DNA of 64,000 bases, from assembly GCF_000143415.4 (NCBI RefSeq), contig NW_003314351.1, positions 183,490-247,489 of the forward strand, read 5' to 3'. Below, piece after piece: positions 1 through 10,974 of the stretch (its first letter is position 1; every line of letters begins with the position of its first letter). The notes below the pieces were generated by a model. That model worked only from the letters and a program-made list of their open reading frames with translations, had not been told where the DNA came from and searched no databases. Made by a program: the position numbers and the translations under genes. The stretch is from Selaginella moellendorffii. Lineage: Eukaryota > Plantae > Lycopodiophyta.

Positions 1-830
1 CAGTGGGATTACGTCGCGAGCGCCCCGGATGGAGCGCTTTTGGGGCCCGTCTTCTCGTTTCTTCGTGCCGTGGATTGGATGGTACGCTTCGCTATACTCG
101 CCGTTTCTTTGCTTTTACTTCAAGAATTGGATCGGCATCGATCTTGCAAAATAATTTTTTGTGATCTAAAAGATCTCTCTTTCTCTCTCTTTTTGCTGTG
201 AATTGCAGGAACCATGGCTGCTGCTGCTCATAATTTTCCACGCTGGTTTGCTCACAGTGGCGATTCGGACACGAGAAAACAACAACATGCAAATGTTGCT
301 ATTCACATTTGGACGTAAGTTCATCGTCTTTTGTTTCTTCTTTTCGCGTCGCTTGGTTTGATTTGCCATGCGGTTTCTTGTTTCTTTTCTGCTTTCTCTT
401 TGTTTTTGTCCCGACCGAAACTTTGTTTGACAGTTTTTGATCGAATGTTTCGAGATTGGTTTCTCATGAATATGTCGTGATTATTGTTTGCTTTCACTAA
501 CTCGCTACCGACATTATGATTGACAGTGTTGAGCGTCTATTCTGCGGAAAAAATCAATACCCTGCTCGCCAGGAATTGGGAAAGGTTCTCACGCAAGCCA
601 TACTTTGACCGGGAGGGAGTGTTCGTATCAACAGTATGGTCGGGCCCTCTGTTACTGATTGGGACAGTCATCCTGGTAAGAAAAAGAAAAGTTTAGAAGA
701 TCTCTCTCAATTTTTTGACTCAACGCTCGCGCAGGTAAACACATTGCGAACGCTCGTCAAGCTTCTTGTCAAGTGGAAGAGAGCCGAGCTGAAACATCGG
801 GCATACTTGGCACGAAAAAGGTCCAGCTAA
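1..830 (+). CDS. TMEM18: Transmembrane protein 18 homolog, 5'-partial; exons ~<1-81, 209-314, 527-675, 735-830
   Basis: Spliced translation AVDWM|EPWLLLLIIFHAGLL...|...RNWERFSRKPYFDREGVFVSTVWSGPLL...|VNTLRTLVKLLVKWKRAELKHRA matches remembered plant TMEM18 motifs (DW.EPWL, YFD..GVF.S..WSGPLL, KWKRAEL.HRA). Introns are canonical GT-AG. Confidence 0.88.
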
Positions 831-984
831 AACTCACACAAATGCGAGGTAAGAGATAGAAACAAAAAAACCAGTTTTGTTCTTCCAAATGCGCTCAACG
901 AACGGGAAAATAAAAAAAGAAAGTTTCGTGCTTGCGAGCGACAACGATCAAATCAGGCACTGATGAAATCAAACTCCCTGCGAT

Positions 985-1989
985 CTAGAGGTGCCTTCTG
1001 ATGATATATTGTTCTAACCAATCGAAAATCTCGCTACACTTTCGAGCAGTGACGGCGTGCCGCGCCTCGGCCACCCGGATCAAACAGTTGACACTCTCCA
1101 CCACCATTTCTCTCTCGTCCTCGTCCGCCTCGCCGAAAATATCCGCGCGCTGCAACAGCTCCCGGATCTCCGACGTCTGCATGGCCGAAGTTACAAACCC
1201 CTCGCCGTTGATCACGCCGTGGATCACGAGCGCCGCGAAGAGCTTGGAGGCACCGTGGGAGCTCAAGAGGCTGCGGAAGATCTCCGAAGTTACGGGAAAG
1301 TCGAGGCAGGCAATCTCTTCCGTGGGGATCCCTTTGCTCTGCAAGGCTCGGATCTCTCGCTCGATCTTGGCGGCGGTGAGCGAGTCCTTGGGCATATGAA
1401 CGAAGAGCGTCGGCGGGTATCTGTTCGTAGCTCGCTGGAAAGCTCGCGTCACGCCGTGCGAGATCATGATCACCAGCGCCGCGAATTCGATCCGGAGCGC
1501 CAGCGCCGAGACGAAGCTCCCGCCGGACGCGCAGCCGAGAGCTACCAGCGGCAGATTCGCCATCCCGTGCCTGTTCTTCCAAGAATCCAGGATCCTCTCC
1601 ACGTTGAAAGCGTCCTGGGAGGCCTCGAGCGGCCAGGTTTGCCAGTAGTCCTTGGCGCTCTTGATGGCCACCACGGCGTAGCGCGCGCCGATCGCGCGCT
1701 GGGTGATCGCGCTGTGCTCCGGGAGGCCCTTGCAGCGCGCGCAATCGCGGTGGGGCGGGAAGAAGTCGCCGGGAGATCCACAGCCCGGGTGCGCGATGAA
1801 GAGGATTGCGCGCGGTGGAGAGCTCGGGATTTGCCACACCAGCTCCACGCCTTCGAGTAGCTCGTGAGTTGGAGCGCTGCTCGCCCAGTGATCTTGGCTG
1901 CTCGCCCGGTGATCTTGGCGACTGTGGCTACTGCTGCTGCTCGTGAAGATCACCACTGGTGGCGGGGATGGCGTTCGCTCTTCTTCCAT
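985..1989 (-). CDS. Intronless alpha/beta-hydrolase-fold protein of an uncharacterised plant family (334 aa)
   Basis: Long GC-rich ORF with motifs WQIP..PRAILFIAH, C..C.GLPE, LPLVALGCASGG (nucleophile-elbow position), YPPTLFVHMPKD and a C-terminal His. Confidence 0.75.
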   Translation of the reverse strand: MEEERTPSPPPVVIFTSSSSSHSRQDHRASSQDHWASSAPTHELLEGVELVWQIPSSPPRAILFIAHPGCGSPGDFFPPHRDCARCKGLPEHSAITQRAIGARYAVVAIKSAKDYWQTWPLEASQDAFNVERILDSWKNRHGMANLPLVALGCASGGSFVSALALRIEFAALVIMISHGVTRAFQRATNRYPPTLFVHMPKDSLTAAKIEREIRALQSKGIPTEEIACLDFPVTSEIFRSLLSSHGASKLFAALVIHGVINGEGFVTSAMQTSEIRELLQRADIFGEADEDEREMVVESVNCLIRVAEARHAVTARKCSEIFDWLEQYIIRRHL

Positions 1990-2544
1990 TTGCTTCTCGA
2001 TCTAGCGATAAAAACCAAAAAATAGTTTTTTTTTCCGATTGATTGATCACTGGATTGAGCTCTCGGTTTAGAGACTTACCGTATCATCGAATCACTCAAG
2101 CTCTACGTGGCTAGCTTCGGCGCGAGAGAAGGTGAGCGTTATGCTTCCATCTGCAAAAGAAAAGATTTTTCAATCTTTGAAGAGTTTTCAATCTGTGCTT
2201 CCATCTGAGTTTGCAATCTGTGCTTCCATCTGCAAAACAAGAGAGTTTTCAATCGATCAGAGCGTTTTAGGATTTTGACTTCTAGATCACTCACCAGCTA
2301 TCATGGATCGTTCTAGAGCCTCTCACAATCACTTACGCAGTGAGAATTCTCAGTAGCATTCTTGTTTGCTCTATGCGCAGGCATTTTAGAGGTTAGATAA
2401 GATCTAATGAATCTAGCAAAATATCTTCTCGCCAGGAAAATCTTCCTCTTCATAGATCACGTCTTGATAGATCACAGGGACTTCTTCTTCACTGGAAGAA
2501 CAATGGAAGCTACTGGAGTTTGGAATCCAATAGCCGGATCTCAG

Positions 2545-2760
2545 CCATCAGCTTTGCCACGCGTCGGCCATCCCTGCCGGGCTTCACGTGGGCGCGCACC
2601 AATCGCAAGTGTGGGCCAATGGCAGCTTGCCACGTTGGTGCTGCCTGGGCCGGGTGGGACAGGCCCACGTGATAATCACGAGGGAGGGGACCGCGACATC
2701 GCACCACGTGGACACTTCCACTACACCGGTTTGGTGGGCTATGACATGAGTGACGTGGAC
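2545..2760. promoter_or_regulatory. Dense cis-element cluster: three CACGTG G-boxes, an ERSE (CCAAT-N9-CCACG), a UPRE-like TGACGTGG and site II TGGGCC/GGCCCA motifs
   Basis: ccaat-ggcagcttg-ccacg at 2616-2634; tgacgtgg at 2751-2758; cacgtg at ~2585, ~2666 and ~2705. Confidence 0.45.
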
Positions 2761-3226
2761 GGATATTTTTCCCCTTTACATCCCCTGTACGGACACACGA
2801 TCCCCTTGCCAAATTTGACTATAGCGTGTACGGAAGGGAGGATCCCGCGGATATTTTCAGATTTCTGGTTCGTTCGAGTGGAAAGAGGGACCCTCTCTAT
2901 GATCAAGGAAGCGGTTGCTCGAAAGCTCTTTTTTCCTTAGCTTTTTCCTTTTTCCTTGTCAATGGCACGAGTTTTTCTTTTCTTCATAGAACAGCAAGTT
3001 TGTTTCTCTTTATGAAACATTTGAAGATCACAGTCTCGATCAGTGGCGAGTGTCCTGTCAACGCACTAGAAAGCCGGACTGCTTAGAAAGCTTCACGGCA
3101 TGGCTGGTAGGCCACCACCTCTCGATCAATCTGTCAATCGATCCAGGCCGTTCGCTCGTTGGTTCTTTCGATTCTGCTATCTGCTTGAAAAAGAAACAAA
3201 TTCCACCGAAACTTTCACGCACCTCG

Positions 3227-4151
3227 TCACTTTCTGGAACGAGAAGGCGCTGCTGCGGCTGCTGATTTCGCTGGGGGCGGCTTGAAAATCGATGGCCTCG
3301 CTGGAGCAGCGGGAGTTTTGGAGATGGACGCCCTGGTAGCAGTGGGAGTTTTGGAGATTGACGCCCGGGTAGCAGCGGGAGCTGCCGGAGATGGCACCGT
3401 CGCATCAGCTGGCGGCTTTGGTTTCTTTGGCTTGGTTTTTTTCTTCTTGTTCTTGGCCTCTTGCTCTGCGCGGTACTTCCGGTTCAGATCGTCGACTTTG
3501 GCACGTACTTCGTCTTCCTTTCGTTGCTTCTGGAATTGGAACAAAACCGCTTGGAGAAACTTCTTTACGAGAACAAAGCCAATTACCTCTTGTAGCTCAG
3601 CCACAGGTTTCCAGACATTAGCTCCTTCGGAACACCTCTTGTGCCTAGAAAGCAAAAGCTTAAGAAGCAGTAAAACGAAAAGCAAGAAGAGAAAAACAAG
3701 CAGAAAAGAAACAAACAAAAACAACGAGCTTACTGCTCAAGCTGCGTTTCCAGAGGACACTGATATCCACACTTGTATCGGACCCACAGGCGACCACTGT
3801 CTTTGTCCCCTTTAACTTTGTACCTGATGGTGCAAGCAAGCAAAAAAAATGTCTAGGACCTCTTTTTGCATGGACGAAACTAGCGAGGTGGATTTTTTAC
3901 TTGACACCAAGAACTGTTGCTTGGATTCCAAGAGCAGTAGTGATAAGTTCATTAGCCTGCATGGACGAATGAATCAAATGTATGTGACTCAACTCACGAC
4001 GGGAATCGAAGAAAAAACGGAGAGAAAAAAGGAGGAAAGGAAGACATTTGATACATACCCGGACAACGCCAAAAGGTAGAAGATCATCAATGTCAGTGTA
4101 AAACGCGGGTGCTTTCTTCTTCTTTCTTTTGCCTTTCTTTTTCGGAGGCAT
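3227..4151 (-). CDS. Hypothetical basic protein (~200 aa, 5 exons) with a Lys-rich N-terminus and Lys/Pro/Ala-rich tail
   Basis: Five exons joined by GT-AG introns keep one frame: MPPKKKGKRKKKKAPAFYTDIDDLLPFGVVR|ANELITTALGIQATVLGVK|YKVKGDKDSGRLWVRYKCGYQCPLETQLEQ|HKRCSEGANVWKPVAELQE|KQRKEDEV...APSRSRK*. Confidence 0.7.
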
Positions 4152-4668
4152 GCTCAAGCGTGCCCACCTTCAAAGACCTACACAGCGAAGGAAATAAAGA
4201 CCCATTCATCCATCCATGACGAAAGAGAGGGATAATCCGCGAGACCAGAGAAATTTCGCTTGCTTACCCGATCTGGATCCTGGAAGCGCCACATTGACCC
4301 TAAGCGCTCCCCACGATCTTGGCAGACTTCCGAAAATCTCCCGAATTGCGGCGGCGGCGGCAGCGACAGCGGCAATGGCAGGGGCTTGGCGATCGCTGGC
4401 AACGCGAAGCTCGTGGCACTGATCCTCGTCGCAATGCCGATTCCAAGCTGAGCAAAATCCATAGCCTGCGCTTCATATCCCTAAACCTCCATTCTACTCA
4501 TCGCCCTCAAGCGATGCCATCGCATGGGGCGCGTAATTGAAAAGGCTGGACATTCCAGCGGGCCCCTGGAACATTCTGGGCGGGAATGAGCCAGTCAACT
4601 TTTAGGGTTCTCTGACCGCGATGGAATGCAATCCAACCAAATAAGCGTTCTAGGGTTTATGTTCTTCG

Positions 4669-5306
4669 ATGGACAGCGCGATCCCCTCGACGATCGCGGC
4701 AGCGGTGGAGGCAGCGGCAGGGATAGCATCATCAGCTGCGCTTGCGGCGCGAGCCAATCCAGCTCACTCTCATTCGGGATTTGCCGCTCCCCAGAATTTT
4801 GCCTTCTATCCTTGCTATCTTCCACCTTACTACTATCCATCCAATTCCAATCAGCCTGCTCAAGGAATCTCTACACACACCCAGCATTCTCTTGCTTGTC
4901 CAGCGTTTCTTCCAAATTTTCAAGATCACTCCGCTGCTCAGGAGCATCACGAAGGGTATCTTACTTCTTTTCCTGCGTCTAGATTGGTTTAAGTTCTCGA
5001 GTTTTTGCTTGGTTTGAAGGGTGGAGGACTGGAATCACGCTGAAGAACTAGAAGAAGATGTGGAGGAGGAAGAACCTCAGTTTGTGCTCTCGGACGAGTG
5101 GGCGGAGTTTTTTGCTCGATCTGAAGCGAGACGGAAAGAAAGTAAGTTTGTTCTAGCAAAAGCGAAGATCTAAGATCGTTTTTTCTTTCTTTCCAGGGAA
5201 GGAGCTGCAGAAGAAGAATGCCAAGGCTGCTCAACTCGCTGCCAAGCTACAAGCAAAACTAGAAAAAATGAGCAATCCAAATGGAGCTCCAGCTCCACAA
5301 ATTTGA
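4669..5306 (+). CDS. Small 3-exon protein with an acidic 'FVLSDEWAEFFARSEARRKE' helix, possibly Gemin8-like
   Basis: Exons ~4669-4955, 5021-5141 and 5197-5306 splice in frame. The helix resembles the Gemin8-like 'E...FFA.SE..R' segment as recalled; the assignment is tentative. Confidence 0.55.
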
Positions 5307-5355
5307 TTGATAGAACTTTGTTTTGCATGAACCCTAATTTGCTAGGGGAAAAGAA

Positions 5356-6399
5356 ATGGAGGACAGTGCGTCTATGGAGGTCGATCCAAGGCCTGGAATG
5401 GAGCTTCGATCAACATCAGCTGATGGCGAAGCTGGTACGCGTTTGATTTTGATTTGTGTGGATCATCTGACCGTTTCGCGTGCGCCATAGGATAATCGTC
5501 TTTGCTCTTCTTCTTCTCTCTCTTGCTCTTCAATGGTAAGCTCACGTATGCTCCCTGTTTATCAGGTGCAGCTAAGCATCGCAAGAGGAAGAGATTGGCA
5601 CAGTCACGGCGAAAGGCGCAGAGAGATTCTTCTTCCGATGGGAGAAATTCTTGCGGCGACCCTGAGAGCTTCCAAGGCGATCTCCAAACGTAAGTGGTTC
5701 TTTTTCTTTCTTTCCTGGATTTCTACTTTGGTTTCTCATCTTCTTCTTCACGCAGTTATGTCGACGCAGTGTGTAAGCATCTAAACGAGACGAAGTTCTT
5801 CGTGGTCGGAATGGCAGTGGAAATGCTGGGGATGAAGATGGTGAACGATCTTGTGAAAGAGGCAAGCTTTTTCCTTTACTTCTTCTCTTTTCTGGACAGA
5901 GTTTGTGGCTCGAGCGACTAACTGGGCTTTCTTTCTTCTCTTCAGGTAGATGAGATTGAGAAAAATGGTGGCCAAATGACTCAGGATGGCTCACGAAGGC
6001 GTACACCCGGTGGTGTGCTGCTAAATCTGCTCAAGCTGCGGCTAGAGCCGGAGCTATACAAGACGATCGTCTCCAGCTCAAGAGTAAGCTCATCTCCTAG
6101 AAACGTTTCTAGAGTTTCCGAGTAAGTTCCGATTGCAGAAGAAAGCAGTGGAATTTGCAAAACGCAGGAGGGAAATGGACAAGAACGATCCTAGCGAAGG
6201 GCGGCGGAAGCGCAGCAAAGTGTGCGAAGGGGACATGGGAAGTGGTGAGAAAGAGGAAGGTGAACTGGACGAAAACGACGGCGGCGAAAGCGGTGAAGTA
6301 TTTGATCTTGACGCTGTGAAAGACGACGATGGGGAACAACTTCCCAGTTTTCCAGCTCCCGAAGGAAGGGACACTGTAAGTTACGGTGATTTGTTCTAG
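5356..6399 (+). CDS. PHAX: Phosphorylated adapter RNA export protein (PHAX RNA-binding domain)
   Basis: Exon VDEIEKNGGQMTQDGSRRRTPGGVLLNLLK carries the RNA_GG_bind signature (GG..T.DGSRRRTPGGV). GC-AG intron donor at 5862. Last exon ends SYGDLF* at 6399. Confidence 0.85.
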
Positions 6400-6924
6400 T
6401 CTTTCATCCTACTGCGCATTAAAGATTAAACAGGATCAAAGAGCGATAAACTAAGAAGAAAAAACCAAAACAAAAGCGAGAAAAAAAAATTAAAAGAAAA
6501 CAGAATAATTCCATTCCCTCAAATAGCACGCGGATATCTGAAGTTTTGTATGAAGAAAAAAAAAAAAAAAAAAGCTTCTAGAAATTTGAGAGATGTAGAC
6601 TTGCTGGAGAGGAGTTTGGTGGCAGAACAGGAACAGGAAGAGAATGGGGGTTCTTGGAAGTTCCTCAAGAAGATTCAACGACGTCTCCTGCAAAAAAAAT
6701 GTCAGGAAACAAGAAGAAAACTGCAAAAAAATAAGAAAAGAAGAAGTACGTTCTCACTTCGATGATGCTCTAGAGCTGTAGACGACAATGCTCTTATGAC
6801 TGAGTATTTGGCAGCGTCTGTAACTTCGATGAGCAGGAAATTGGTTTCCCTTCAGCGTTGAGTTGAGCGCCTAGAGCAATTGAGCGATTGTTCTTGGAGG
6901 GGATATGCAAAATAAGAATTTCCA

Positions 6925-8557
6925 ATGGGCAGCAGACATCCTTGGCATGATTTCCTGCTTCGAGTCTTATGGCATGGAGGCTCCACATTCGATGCCTGGT
7001 TAAACATTTCATCGGCCAAGGTTCGCAATCTCCGTTCTTTCCCATTGTATAATTTCATGATTCGTAGATGGCTTCACGGCTACTCACGATGCCGCAATCA
7101 ACTACACAAATGGGGCTACCCTCTGCCATCGTTTATCAACTGTTTCAGGGAGGAATGGGAGCGTGGGTTCAACATGTAATCGGCATTCTGTTTTTGAAAT
7201 ACAGATTGCACCATCAGTCAGGTGCTTCAGACAGGACCAGGTTTACAACAACGACACAGGTAGAATCAGTGGTCGCTGATATTGTTCTACTTATTCTCTT
7301 ATTTGTTTTCCAGCTTCATGAAGTCATTGGTGGGCACCTCGGCCCTCGATGGAGAGCAGTCTCCTTTGTCTTAAACATTGTCTGTGTCTTCTATGTATGC
7401 TCTCTCCAGCTTGTTGCTTGCAGCAAGTAAGATCTATTATCATTCTGAAACACTGATTAGGAAGTTTGTTCTTGTGCAGTATTGTCTACAACCTCAACAG
7501 AACATTGGACAAAAGGACTTGGACGTCTGTGTTTACTGCGGTTTTCTCTCTGACAATCTTTATTCCAAATGCTCACAACTATAGGATCTGGTCTTTCCTT
7601 GGCGTCATTACAACCACTTACGTTGCTGGATATTTGGTAGTAGCGACTCTAGCTCATGAAAAGGCAAGAAATACATTGATTTCAACAATATAATCAGTGG
7701 AATTGTAGGTTGCAGGTGTAAAATACACAACGCCTCACAGCTACGAGGAGTATTTCACTGGTCTCTCCGGCTTGACAATCCTTGGACATGTTGTTGTCCC
7801 TGTGTAAGAGATTTTTCTTGATCTACTCGCTAGATTTTCTTAATTAATTTCGGGGGAATGGCAGAGAAATTATGGATGCAATGTGGAAGCCTCAAGAGTT
7901 TTCGATGGCCAATGCCTATTCGGTGATCTACATTCTCTTGGTCACCATGATTCCAACCATCAGTATGAACCGCAGATTTGGGGACATCCTCCTCAAGCAC
8001 CCCAATGCCCTGTCTTTGCTTCCGAGTTCCAAGTTCCGTGATACTGCCATAATTCTCTTGCTGGTGCACCTGGTACGACCGTTCAGTATGTCCATATATG
8101 TTCTTGCAATTTACCACAGAATCTGCAGTTTATCAACTTTGGAATGTACTCCCTTGCCGTGTATGCAATGTGGGAGAAGCTACTGCGTGTGCACGACTCA
8201 CCGAGCTATGGCAAGAAGATATTATCCCGAGTCCCAGTATTCCTGGCCTTCTGGCTGACCGCTTTGGCATTTCCGTTCTTTGGGATCATCAGCAAAATTT
8301 TGGACGCCACTTTCATTATATGGAACTTCTACGTGATTCCTTGCGCAGCTTACAACCTGGTGTTCTGGTCACGTACTGTGCAGCAACAGTCGAAGTCACT
8401 CTCAACTTTTGGCTGGGTGACAGATTTCAGTTTGAATCTTGGGGTCATACTGTGGGTTGTTATTGTGGAATGCGGGCTGGCACTATGGGGTGATATGGTT
8501 AGCCTTCTCAGCCTTAAAGACGACTTGCGCTTATTTGCAAAGTGCTACAACTGCTGA
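6925..8557 (+). CDS. Diverged AUX1/LAX-like auxin-influx/amino-acid permease (7 exons)
   Basis: Motifs LWHGGSTFDAW, LDKRTWT, HNYRIWSFLG..TTTY, GH...VEIMDAMWKPQ.F, HPNALSLLP, VWEK-like MWEK and the C-terminal LFAKCYNC all match AUX1/LAX. GC donor at 7664. Confidence 0.88.
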
Positions 8558-8934
8558 GTTGAACCAACATGGTGAACAGTCGACTCGGAACCATCTTTCA
8601 GCAGCTTCCACTAACACGCCGTTTCAAAGTTTCTGGGCCCCCTTCAGAGTGAAATGACTTCAAATAAAAATCACTACCGTTCAACAATGCGCGTCCAACA
8701 TCGGCCAAGCCTTGGCATCGTCGCCAGTTAGTCAATGTTTCGAATTACTTTCAGAATGTGAAGAACCGGCTCGAGAGCCTGTAGACGAAGCGACGAGAAA
8801 GACTTTGACTACCTTGGTAAGTCAGGTCGAGATGACAGCGACAGCTACCAAATTTCCAATGCCGTAGTCATCACGGATCAGGCTTTTATATAATCGGTTC
8901 TTCTTCACCCACCTGATCTTTCTATGCCTGTATC

Positions 8935-10496
8935 ATGGAAGTGTTTCTACTGCTGCTGGTTGTGATCACTTTCGGCTTCTTCCTGCGGACGAGGAACAGG
9001 AATAACATTCTGCCTCCAGGCCCGCTGGCTATACCATTTGTCGGGCATCTGCACTTGCTGTTAAAAGGCCACCCTCATGTCGTGCTGAAAGCTCTTGCGG
9101 AGAAGTATGGTCCAGTTATGTTTCTGCGATTTGGTGTGGTTCCGATTGTGGTGGTCTCGAGTAGCCAGTCGGCAGTGGAGTTCCTCAAGGTGCAAGATAA
9201 AGTTTTCACGTCGAGGCCAAGGTTCTTATCAGCTGGTCGGTTGCTGCTTGGTTTCGACGGGGAAGATATGGTGTTTGCTCCATATGGTATGCGCTGGAAG
9301 CAGCTCCGTAGACTTTGCACTACCAAGCTTTTCACAGCCAGGAACTTCGCAGATGTGAGGATGAGTGAGGTGAGGAGCCTGGTGAGAGCAATTCAGGCGT
9401 TTGGTGAAGCGTCTCCAAACTCGGCATTGGATCTTCGCACCAAGTTCAAGCATCTGACCTTCAATATCATCACAAGAATGCTTATGAGCAAGCGCTATTT
9501 TGAAGGTGATACTGCTGATTCTAAAGAAGCAGAAGAGTTTATATACCTTATGGAGGAGTCGTTCAGCTTGGCCGGTGCATTTCCCGTCAGTGACTATTTA
9601 CCATACAGCTTCGTCAAGTGGTTGAATATGAATCAAGATGACCGGATCAAGACTCTGTCTGTTAGAAGCCGTCAATTTGTGGACAAGATTATCACGGAAC
9701 ACGAGCTCAGATCGCCAACATGTTCGGATGACTTTCTTGGGTTGCTGCTGAAGCTCAGGAGCACCGAGGATGTTCTTCAACGGAACACTATCAGGGGCTT
9801 GATGATCGTAAGTCGTATATAGCTGTTATTCATCTGGTTTTAAACTTGGTCAGTGTTTAACAGAACTTGCTTCAAGCTGCAACTGATACCTCATCCGTGT
9901 CGCTGGAATGGACTTTGGCCGAGCTTATAAATCATCCAGCCTGCATGTCCATGGTCCAGGATGAGATTGCTAGTGTCGTTGGCTCCAACAGAATGGTGGA
10001 AGAGAGGGACATTAGCAAGCTTCCCTATCTGCAAGCGATTGTTAAAGAATCACTCAGACTCCATCCACCAGGACCTTTGCTCTTACCTCGAGAATGCTCC
10101 AAAACTTGCGAAGTGATGGGATACAAAATCCCGGAAGCTACTACGTTAATGGTGAATGCATACGCAATTGGAAGAGACCCGAAAGTTTGGAAGGAGCCCC
10201 TTAAGTTCAAACCTGAGAGGTTCTTGGATTACAGCTGCTTTGATGTTGGTGGCAACAATTTGGACGTTATTCCATTTGGAGCAGGAAGCAGAGCCTGTCC
10301 TGGAATATCTATAGCGTTCTCCATACTTCACTTGGCGCTGGCCAACTTGGTACATGCTTTTCACTGGACACTGCCTGCTGAAGTGGTGCATGTTGACACA
10401 AGCAACGAGAAGTATGGACTCACTGTGACCTTAGCAAAGAAGCTGGAAGCCATCCCTCTCTGCAAAATTGATACAATTGTCTGTGGGGATGAGTAA
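8935..10496 (+). CDS. Cytochrome P450, CYP71 clan (exons 8935-9807 and 9864-10496)
   Basis: N-terminal TM plus PPGP hinge, I-helix AATDTS, KESLRLHPP (ExxR), PERF and heme motif PFGAGSRACPG. The single intron sits at the position typical of A-type P450s. Confidence 0.93.
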
Positions 10497-10719
10497 GAAA
10501 ACATGTGGAATGAATATTCTGTTATAACACAATTCATAAAATACAAATACAATATTAATTGCTAATATGAATTTTGGATTCATGAACTCTATGTGAATCC
10601 ATAGTCCATGAGTTGTGCCCAGCTCCTTGTCAATGTGCAAGTTGAAAGTTCTGAAGTCCTTAACTATGGTGGACAAAGGAGGTAGCCAGCTTTTGGACAT
10701 AAAGTGATTATTTTTGAAG

Positions 10720-10835
10720 AAACCTGAGCTCTGAATTGAGTTTCAATCAACATTCTGTGTTTGATTTTAGTTTGCATGGATCTGACCGTTTCACATGTGC
10801 TATAGATAATAGTTTATGGTCCAAGTGTAGCTAAG
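10720..10835 (+). pseudogene. Decayed copy of the PHAX exon 1/intron 1 region (~5385-5580)
   Basis: ttgattttagtttgcatggatctgaccgtttcacatgtgctatagataatag aligns with tttgattttgatttgtgtggatcatctgaccgtttcgcgtgcgccataggataatcg, with CpG to TpG/CpA changes. Confidence 0.65.
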
Positions 10836-10974
10836 GGAACAAATGCACAATCCAACACTTGTCTCTCTTAAGTGGTTATCCCCTTGCCACTCCTTGCTCC
10901 TTCCATGGCTTAGCGCTTTGCATCATGCTCAATCATACCTAGCATTGCTAAGTGAAATGCTTAACAACTAACTT

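Noticed and set aside
1001-1860. Long alternative-frame and antisense ORFs over the hydrolase gene (similar ORFs overlap GTG and the bromodomain gene)
   Set aside because: Expected by-products of GC-rich codon usage and CAG tracts; no recognisable protein features.
2141-2255. Short degenerate repeats (tgcttccatctg x3, gagttttcaatc)
   Set aside because: Irregular spacing, probably an intronic micro-duplication; not CRISPR-like.
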